Positions 1 to 8,910 of a stretch of 64,000 nucleotides of DNA are shown here, piece by piece. Both the position numbers and the translations under genes were made by a program. Source of the stretch: Piedraia hortae CBS 480.64 (taxonomy: Eukaryota); the NCBI GenBank assembly GCA_010093745.1, contig MU005972.1, forward strand, positions 1-64,000, given 5' to 3'. The stretch's first letter is position 1. Every line of letters starts with the position of its first letter. The notes below the pieces were generated by a model. It ran no database searches, had not been told where the DNA came from, and saw only the letters and a list, made by a program, of their open reading frames with translations.

Positions 1-295
1 CAACCCTATCCCCCCACCACTACTCTCCCTACCCCCAACCACTGCCTGCCTATATCGCCATCCAACCACTAGAATCATCTCAACTTTTTTCCTAACCTGC
101 ATCGGGACCATCTCATTACCCTGTTCAAATTTCGCCTCCACAAGTCCAGCAAAAACCAAACATCCTAGGCGAACTGAAAGCAAACATCGCAGGCGGATTT
201 TTTCGACCCCCTCCAGAATCTCCCAAAACACCTTTCCATACACTCTAGAGCACTCTACCATCATTTTGACGTCTTTTTAGACCAAACATTTTTTT

Positions 296-322
296 CAAAC
301 ATCGCGGGCCCGCCGATGTTTG
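296..322. repeat. Near-perfect palindrome CAAACATCG-CGGGCCCG-C-CGATGTTTG
   Basis: 296-304 is the exact reverse complement of 314-322 and the core CGGGCCCG is itself palindromic. CAAACAT also occurs at about 157, 181 and 283. Confidence 0.85.
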
Positions 323-381
323 CTCATTATGCTAGGCAGGGCGACCGCCCATTCGGCCGATGGCTGCACGGGTTGGAGTGC

Positions 382-491
382 CATCACGTGAACAAGAATC
401 TGGAGTGGTGACAGCACGTGACCAAGAATCTGACGTGGTGACGAATCTGGACATCACGTGACCATAAACTTGACGTCGTGACCAATCTGGA
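382..491. repeat. Degenerate tandem repeat of 30/40-bp units, each containing CACGTG
   Basis: Units are catcacgtgaacaagaatctggagtggtga (382-411), cagcacgtgaccaagaatctgacgtggtga+cgaatctgga (412-451) and catcacgtgaccataaacttgacgtcgtga+ccaatctgga (452-491). Confidence 0.85.
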
Positions 492-672
492 CTAGCGCAC
501 ATTTCTGCCCAATCACCGCTTAGCCCCGACAGGGATGTGGAATATGACATTGAATTCCAGCAGAATACTTAGGCAGGCGGATTATATTTATGAATTATGT
601 ATAAACGCCAGTTACCTTTGCACTGACTGATAGGCTGTATCGAGGAGGTGGAGCATGATTACGCCGTGCGGT

Positions 673-1158
673 CTAGCTTGGTAAACCGTGTCTTCTCTTG
701 TTATTGTGGACAGATGAGATAATTGGGCTTCCATGTAGCTTGTGCGCGCGCCTGAATGCAGCGGTGGAGATTGCGGGGCTATCTGTCCGGATTGTTGATC
801 CGATGGACATGAAGAACCTGTGAACCTGTTAGATGCGCAGGCGAATATGTAGACCATAATACCCGAAAGTGGTGGCAGAGCCGAGCATGTATTGGCCCAA
901 AGTTCGCATCATGCCATTGGGTCCTGCTCCGAAACGAATGATGTTGGTAGCGCCGAATATGAAGCCAATTATCAGTCCTACAGCTATTGCAGTCAGTTGG
1001 AATACTTTGTTTTAGACGCGTCGACCTACAGCCGCCCATCATGGCTCCCATTTTGGCTGATAAACGTCAGTTGTGGAAGCTCGCAGGCATTGGGCAAGCG
1101 GCCTACCTTTGTCTAAGGTCGAAGGGCCAGCGCTTATAGCACCTACGGGGACGGGCAT
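673..1158 (-). CDS. MGR2: Mgr2/ROMO1 family TIM23 complex subunit (4 exons: 1158-1107, 1056-1030, 983-863, 817-673)
   Basis: Manual splicing gives MPVPVGAISAGPSTLDKAKMGAMMGGSVGLIIGFIFGATNIIRFGAGPNGMMRTLGQYMLGSATTFGFFMSIGSTIRTD..., a typical Romo1/Mgr2 sequence. The three GT-AG introns are 50, 46 and 45 nt with CTRAC branch sites. Confidence 0.92.
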
Positions 1159-1470
1159 CGCTAGAGGCTATGTATCGCTTACTGCTCCGAGAGCAAAGTG
1201 ACTGTTTTGTGGTAGTGCCGACGGACGTCGTGGTCCGAGCGCCCACAACCTCAAACTACCCCCAGCGCCACAACAACCAAACAACACCCGCCGTCGCGCT
1301 CGACTTCGACCTTGTTCGCGCTGGCTCCAATCGCGTCGCATTTGCTTTGCGCAGTCAGATATCGCTGCCGGTGGCCTCGTTTAAAAACGTGACAGCCGAC
1401 AAGCAGTTGCCGCCACGCCATTTGCACGGAGCAGCAGCTGTCTCACGATCTTCATCGCCCTTCCTCGCCC

Positions 1471-3503
1471 ATGACGGCCGTGGCTGCCCCGCCGAGCTTC
1501 CAGCCAACGTCGCACTTGGGCTGGGGCGCGAATGGCAGCGAATTTGGTGCAATGGGCTCGGAAGACGTTGGGCGGAGGCACGGCGCGGGCCCGCGCAAGG
1601 CCGTGCAGCGTCACAACTCCTCTTCTTCGGTCGGCTCCGCCAGCTCATCCAGCTCTGGCTCATCCACATCGACCCTCTCAGCGCACAGCAACGGATCCGG
1701 TAGTTGGTCGGGACGTCGGAAATCAAGCCGAGGGACGTGGCACCCGCAGAAATCAGAGACCACAGGCACAGTGGCTCTGACACCGCCTCCTCTAAATCCT
1801 GCATCGGGTTCGGTGCCATTTCAGACGTCCGGCCAGGCAAATGGAGTATTGCGCCATCCAACGCGTCCGGAGCGCCCGGAGCGTCCTGACCGGCCGGATC
1901 CGCCCGTGATACTGTCCCTAGCCCCAACCAACGGCACTTTCGAGCGCAAGGTTATAAAGATCCCGTATTATCCTGACGTAATCCGTATCGGTCGTCAAAC
2001 TAACCAGAGGACCATGCCTACTCCAAATAATGGCTTCTTCGACTCTAAGGTACTGTCACGGCAGCATGCCGAGGTCTGGGCCGACAAGCAAGGTCGAGTC
2101 CTCATCCGCGATGTCAAGTCCAGCAACGGCACGTTTATCAATGGCACTCGACTGAGTCCGGAGAATCAGGAGAGCGAGGCGCGGGAGTTGAGGGAAAACG
2201 ACCGCTTAGATCTCGGCATAGACATCGTTTCTGAGGATCAGAGAACGATAGTCCACCACAAGGCTTCCGCTACGGTGGAGTTTGCGGGCGTCTGCAGCCA
2301 GCGCGGCAGTTTTCCCAACATTGGCGATCTGGACCTCAATGTTCCTCTGCCTTACCAGCCCAAGCGAAGCGGCAATCAAGGACCCGTGCACAACAATGGA
2401 CCTGGCCTCAGACTTCCTCCGGCGGCTATGCTACAGCAGCAACAGCAATTTCGAAATTGGCCAAAGCCCGTTTCTGCTGAGCAAATCATGAAAAAACTGA
2501 GTGTAAGTTGTGCATGGGCTTAGATATGACTTTATAGTGACAGCCTTAGACCGAACTGAAACTAGCCATGAAGCAGTCCACCGAGATGGCTCGCGCCAGG
2601 CAGAGTGTCGAGGCTGCTCTCACTGGCAAGTCTGCGCCCGCGGGAAAGACTTCAAAGGGGCCCTCGAAGACGAATGGGCCTGCTCAAGCGCCTCCACCGG
2701 AGCTGCCGCTACCTGAACGGCCCGATGTTGCTCAGGCTCTCGCCGATCCACTCATCCGACCGCTGCTTCAGCGTGAAGATACACCCAATAGCGATTCTGC
2801 TTCCAAAACCGTGGACCACTCAAGCGATATCTTAAGGTTATGCGAGGAGTTGAAGCTGGCCAGGGGTGAGCTGAGTCAGCAGAGCAAACGCATGAAGGAT
2901 TTGGAGGAGGCATTGGTCAAAGAAAGGGTAGCCAGGGAGGATGCTGAGGAGCGGGCACGGCACGCTGAGTGCCAAGGCTCGTACAGTAACCACAACAGTT
3001 CCTCAGTATCTGCCTTGGCTGCCCAGCTTGAAGCAGTTCGCTGTGAGATGAGTGAAACGAAGCTGCAAATGGAGGCTTACCGACAGCGAGCAGAAGTTGC
3101 CGAGGCCGAGCGAGACGAGTCTCGACAGACTCTGGCAGTCATGATCGATGAGAAACGCAAGGAGAATGCAAGACAATCAAAGCGTCAATCGCCCTCTCGG
3201 CTATGGTCTAATCGCGTTGGTCAAGTAGGAAATGCAGTGGTGGCAGCTGCACCATTTTCCACTGCATTTTCCACCGGAGACGTATTACTCGATCGCGCAG
3301 GCGTTGAAAAGGGGCGGCCCATCACTCGGGAACAGGCTCACCGAATCTCGCGTTTGGTGTCTGAAGAGATACTGCAGCAGTCTGGTGACGGCGAAAGTTC
3401 AGTGGCATATTATGGCCTTCCATATGGCAGCGCGGTGGCCGTACTTGTTCTGGGTGCACTAATGATGACTTACATCAACGGGTGGCCCAGTGATGCCAGA
3501 TGA
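1471..3503 (+). CDS. FHA-domain, coiled-coil, tail-anchored protein (Far9/Vps64/Far10, SLMAP-like STRIPAK component); intron 2503-2549
   Basis: FHA motifs IGRQTN...FDSKVLSRQHAEV...DVKSSNGTFING, a coiled coil, and a C-terminal TM segment (YGSAVAVLVLGALMMTYINGW). A GTAAGT...TAG intron joins the two ORFs in frame. Confidence 0.88.
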
Positions 3504-3636
3504 ACAAAGACCCTGGATTCATTTTGCAATGTACAGAGAAAGGGGGAAAGCAATTCATTTCTGAGCGTCTGGTTCCGTCACATTGTTCTGGCTTTGCATG
3601 CATTAGATAGCACGCAAAATAAGTATCATCTGAGAC

Positions 3637-4212
3637 CTACGATAGACTCAAAACCCCATTCACCATCCACACCTCACCGTTGGCTACGCGGCTGATGATC
3701 TTTTCCACTTCTAGATTAACGGGCTGAATGATTGTTTTGTCTTCCTGATTGCTTTCCCACCACAACTCCTTACCACCCAGGGTCTTGACCTTCTCGCCTT
3801 CGATCCAAGGTGATACAGGCACAATATGAGCTTCTGTAAATCTCCTCAAGTTACGTGCTGCTCGATCTTCTCCCGCCTGACCTTGATATGCCTCGGCTCC
3901 CATTTGGCTATATTCCGCAGGATCCTCCCATGGCTTATGAGGCAAATCATGTAGGGCACTGTTTGAAGGGGCCAGGACCGTACTATTCTCGCGCTTGGAA
4001 TCAAGGCGCTGTGACACACTATCTACGTCTCGTGTGAACCCAGCAAAGATTGTCGTCGCGCGCTCAGTGCCGAGGACGTCGGACAACAAGACTGAGGGTG
4101 CTGCCATTAGGCGCCACGCTGCGTTGTTGTTACTGTTGCCGCTGTTGGAAAATGGCACAACTAACTGAGCATAAGCGGAAGTAAGCAAAAGTAAAGTGCG
4201 TAGAGCCTTCAT
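3637..4212 (-). CDS. Secreted FAS1 (fasciclin) domain protein
   Basis: Signal peptide MKALRTLLLLTSAYAQ, fasciclin H1 motif TVLAPSNSA, HIVP, and H2 motif NGEVWMVNGVL. Confidence 0.85.
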   Translation of the reverse strand: MKALRTLLLLTSAYAQLVVPFSNSGNSNNNAAWRLMAAPSVLLSDVLGTERATTIFAGFTRDVDSVSQRLDSKRENSTVLAPSNSALHDLPHKPWEDPAEYSQMGAEAYQGQAGEDRAARNLRRFTEAHIVPVSPWIEGEKVKTLGGKELWWESNQEDKTIIQPVNLEVEKIISRVANGEVWMVNGVLSLS

Positions 4213-5458
4213 CTGTTTCGTTGTTGTTTGAACGCCAAGTCTAATGACAGCGGGGGGAAGCACCCCGCATCGTGCAGATAGACTTTAATTACGCAGTCGA
4301 ATCGAGTTTATGTCTCACAGTCAAACCTGGGCATAGGGGACACTGGATACAGCGGGTTGTCTCTTTGTAGCAGATCTTCAGCACCCCTGTGATCATTCTT
4401 TCTGCATCCACCAGTAAGTACATACCTGGACTCAGCGGATCCCCAACACAGCAAACAGAGTGACCGCGTCAGACTAATCTGCTGTAACCGGGTTTGGCTG
4501 TTTGTAGTCAAGGTTCAGATACTTGCTTACCTGGCTAGACTCAAGTTAAATCTTGAACAAGACGGCCGCTGCAGCCACAGCTTGGGACTTGACAAAAGCA
4601 AATTCGCACTGAGTTCGTCGATGGTTACAAGAAATGCACGAACAAGTAGTATAATGTGTATGTAGGATATAACAGAGTGTTTGCCTGACATTGCAGTGCC
4701 TCATTTTGCTTCGTCTAGAACTAATTCGCAAACATGGATGTGTTTGTCCAAAAATATTGTTGGTACATCATTAGGAACGGGCACTCCATCAAGGGTGATG
4801 CAGCATTGTTATGAGAGCTTTTGTTCGGCATGTGAGTGCCATTGTGCAACGCGGGAACTCATTGACTTTACAGGCATCTATGATCTGTCTCATTTGGGAT
4901 GTATATGCAAGTCGAGTGGAAAAGGTTATACATATGTAGAAGGAACTCTGCTTGATTAACTTGCATAACTTTTTCAAAGAACCCCGCGTTGTCAATGACC
5001 CATATGGCCTTTGAGATTCGTTGAGGCGACACTGAATTCCCTGTACATGCTGCTCGATCAGTCCCTGCACATCTGAAATGTTAGTGTGTCAATGGCAGGA
5101 TTACATGTATGATTGTCATGCAGTATCTGTGTCGAAGGATTCGATAGTTAACTCGGCCCGCTCCATAGTGGGCTTGGCTTTTTGTTGATTTCAAACATAG
5201 GGCATCGAGTGCCATTGCTGATAACCACGAGTGGTTCTTAGAGCCATCACTAATTCCAATGAAGTACACCAATTGGGCTGGCCATCATTGGTCGTATCTC
5301 TAGCGTTGTAGTCATCGTTTATGTCGTTGTTGAAAGGTGCCAGCGAGGGCTTGGCGTGCAAATGCAGGATAGGTAACGGATCGAGGGATATGTGGACGTT
5401 GGATAGGCAGTTGTCTGGAGCATGAAAATTTGCAAAAGCTCATGGAAAGCTTTGATGA

Positions 5459-8361
5459 ATGACTACTGTGATCCAACTGTACACATCATCTTGCAAAAGG
5501 GTACCTCGACACATACAACGTGCGCTTACAGCATGGCAAAACTTTCGAGAACAATTACTTATATATGAGTCCCCTGATTGTAGTCTTCATGCTAGTATTC
5601 ACCCGACGACAACTGACGACTGGCACGTGACTGGGTCTGTAGATTTAACACCAACGCGACTGTTGCACTATGGCAGCCACAAGCGCGAAAAGGAAGTGCA
5701 TTTTAAAACTTGCTTGGGTAACTTTGAGTGCCCAGTCAGCAATTGCGAGTTCTCCGAGCGCCCTAAGATGCCTGTGTTTAACAAGCACAAGCACATGTAT
5801 CCACCGCCCACCACAACCAGGTGCCGTTTACCACAACGTTGAATTAGCCCACATACCATACCGGGCTACTATAGAGACTAGCACAGACGGTACAACGATG
5901 GAAGTCGTTCACCGAGGACATCACACCCATCGGCGGCCCCACCCCATCAGGGCTGATCTCCCTTCCCTTCGGGAGCTCGAAAAGAATGTGCGGTTTGCAC
6001 CCGAGATCACGCCCAAAGCCTGGCAAATTGGCCAAGAATGTCGACCGTCTGTGGCCCAAAGTCATCCGGCCTAGTGCTCTCTTTCAAGAGTAGACTACAA
6101 ACCACGGGAAGCGTTGGCTGGAACCAGGGCAGACAACTTTCTTGGGGCATTATTGATTTCCTGGAAGGACTCGGTGTTGATGTTCTCTTGAGCCATAAGC
6201 TTGTTGGACCTGGCCGTCACTTCTCGCAGCAGACCAACATGATGAGGGAGGTGCTTCGGAACCGAGAGTCGCCGTTGGAAACGGACTCGCTCGACGGATT
6301 CCTTCTTGATGACTACGGCGTATCGGCAAATCTGGCTCATACTTTAGGCTATAGTGTAGCCCTGAACCGCAGTCCCCTTCTTGGTCACAATCTTGATGGG
6401 GAGGAGTAAAGAACACTAACAGGAGCACCTTGCGGAGCTATTGAAAGCTCTGGAAATGCCGACCAATATTCAAGAATGGACTGATGGTATGAAGCATTTT
6501 CCGGGTAATACAAGCGATTTGTCTCAGGTCGAGCTAAAGGGCTTCGAGCTTGCTCTTTGCGCCCACTGCGATAAAAGCACCAAGGATTTTTCGGTGAACG
6601 GCTTCTTCCGTCGCTGTGAAGTGCACTTCAAGAGAAGTGTAACCACAGTGGCAAAGAACGGCTCGATCATCCCTGCGATGGAGACCACGAGCTTTCGGGA
6701 CCTTGCCTGGAGTCTCCTCCCCGACCAGCCATATGAGGACTTCAGGGATGAAGTCGAGCATATGGCAACCACCTGTCTGCAGATCAAGCCCTGGCTGTAC
6801 TGGTTCGTCAGCTGGAGCGAATTCATCTTTAAAGCGATGTCCGAAATTCGCATCTCTGGATGTCGGACACGTCCAATATCCAGGAGTTCCTCGAAAGGGA
6901 CTTCAAAAGGCACGCTCCAAAGGTAAACTGTCCATCATTGAAACCATAAGGTACCTCGTACATATGTCGCGCTTATCGACCTGGACATGTCGAACGTCAA
7001 GAAGGGAATGCTAATCAGGTACTCCAGGCTGGCACAAAAGAGAAAGTACGTGAACGACTGGCGGGCCCCGGATACCACAGAAGAACTTGTCAAGAAAGCC
7101 AAGAAAGGGCGGCCTTGAGGGAGCCAAAATGTCGCCTCGACTCTGAAGAGTTTATTCTCTCGATATTCAGGAATTCCCAGGGGGGTTGCCGGTACGAGCA
7201 GTTTCAGGCCAGTAAAACGTATCCTGGAGACATCGCTCGACAATCCCTTTGGCTGCTAATCCGGTCGGCGGCTTTGGTGGAGGCCGAGGATGTTGACCGG
7301 CTCCGAGAGGTCAACAATCTCATAAGCCGAGAGGAGTACGCCGTGTTCAGTTTCGTCTGGTGCACAAAGGCGCTTGGATACGCGGCAATCGGAAGCTTTG
7401 ACTTGTTCGGGTCGATCAAGAGGCGCTTTGTAGACCATTGCCCCGAGCTTTTCGCCTTCGAGGCAGCTCGTGAGTCTAAGTGCAGACAGCCAACCTGCCC
7501 GAGCCACAAGGCCACACAGTCGAAAAGGATGATGGCACTGACGATCACTGGAAGCTCCCTCGAGAGGGTTGACCAGTCAGCCATCAACAGTATCTTTGGC
7601 GAGGGCAGCGAAGCCTGCAGTGTTCAGATCGAGGAGTCAGGTACTTGCCCAAGAGAGCGGGTCGCGTATAAACCGGTGGAGTCCCTCAAAGACGACGACG
7701 AATTACTTATGGCGGCACTCGATGATGAGGACGGTTCCGTTGCGCCCAAGTCCTGTGGCAAACAGGTGGCGGTATGTTCTGGTGTTCGCGACGGCGAAGC
7801 CTGAAAAGTGCTCTCGCTACCGACCCTCTTGGATATTGCTGTGCCAGTCCCGCGGATGGCTCGCAAACCTGCGCCAATCATCCAGCTCAGAGAGTAACAG
7901 TACGAACTGGCTGCGGTGGTATACCTTTGAAATGCGCACTTTCACGGCCACACCGTTGTGCATGATGGATTCCTGTATTATGACGGGAAGGCGCAGAACA
8001 GGCTGTCGTTCTATACGAGGGCCATGAACGAGAGGACGAACTATCGGATCTCCAGAGCGTGGTGTCGCAAGTCCGGATCGCCACCATCGTGCGCAGCTCA
8101 GGGTCCTGAGAAACCCACTGCCATCACGAAAGAGATTCTGCCATTGCTTCAGGAAAAGAAAAGTCCAAGATTGCGCGCCCCTAATGCCACATCATACCCG
8201 GTAGGACTGTCCCTACGAGACATCTCTGCCAAAGGACCGCTGCCAACATGTGCCGGTTGCCGAGAGAAAATGTCGCGACAGGAGCATCGGCTAGTCTTCA
8301 ATGGCAAGAATGACGGAATGTATGGCCATCCGTCAAATCGTTCCATCTGGTAATAAGCTGT
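5459..8361 (+). mobile_element. Decayed Mutator-like (MULE) DNA transposon ORF: GCM-like DNA-binding domain, DDE transposase, protease-like and zinc-finger C-terminal domains
   Basis: Collinear motifs across frameshifts and stops: KTCLGNFEC...RP...HIPYR...HRGHHTH (GCM-like, about 5700-5930), ETD (6278), NTSDLS (6507), CEVHF (6615), DTSNIQE (6866), YVNDWRAPDT (7047), YELAAVVYL*NAHF...YYDG (7901-7987), CAGC...RL...FHLVISC (8249-8361). No TIRs or TSD identified. Confidence 0.75.
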
Positions 8362-8910
8362 TTGTCGGGGAGATTGAGCCTGAACGAAAAGTCACAGCTC
8401 CAGGAATTGATGCAGGGACACGATCATTTGTATGACTTGTGCCTTACGTTGTAATATTAGTTCTCGGAGAAGATTATTAATGCGTTCTGCTTCGTTTGCG
8501 CTGAGTGTAGAAGTGTGGTTGAGCTGGGAGCTTAGTCATCTTAGCAGACTAGTAGTCGTTTCAGACCCGAGAGGCCAGAGGGCATAAGGAACGGAGCTAT
8601 GCGGTGTGCGCTACGCTATACTGCCTAAAAGACTAGAACAACGCGTGAAGAGCAAAAGGGCGACTGTCTCGGTGGTTTATGATCGAGCGGGCTGTGCCGA
8701 AGTCACGTGACTGGAATAGGGACTAAGATCCTCACAAGTCGCCAGGTGAATGCAAGCCCATCTAGCACCCCATAGGGATGTAAAACGCAACGAAATTGAA
8801 TACAAGCCTGAAGACTAAAATCTGCAACCCCTTATATATGCGTGTTAAGATATAAGCCTCTTGACAACAAAGTGGTCGTAATTGCTTTGGTTCGATATGT
8901 AATCGTTACC

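Noticed and set aside
1..130. C-rich start with CCCTA/CCTAACC-like words suggesting a telomere
   Set aside because: There are no tandem CCCTAA repeats, only scattered partial matches.
382..491. Repeat array as CRISPR or as a point-centromere CDEI
   Set aside because: The context is eukaryotic, with no unique spacers or cas genes, and no AT-rich CDEII or CDEIII follows.
4518..4535. CTTACCTGG resembling the U1 snRNA 5' end
   Set aside because: The preceding bases do not match ATACTTACCTGG and no U1 stem-loops or Sm site are evident. It is better read as a minus-strand splice donor.
8400..8800. Search for terminal inverted repeats of the MULE relic, including palindrome AGTCACGTGACT at 8701-8712
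   Set aside because: I found no convincing inverted match to the 4300-5450 side by eye, so the element boundaries remain undefined.
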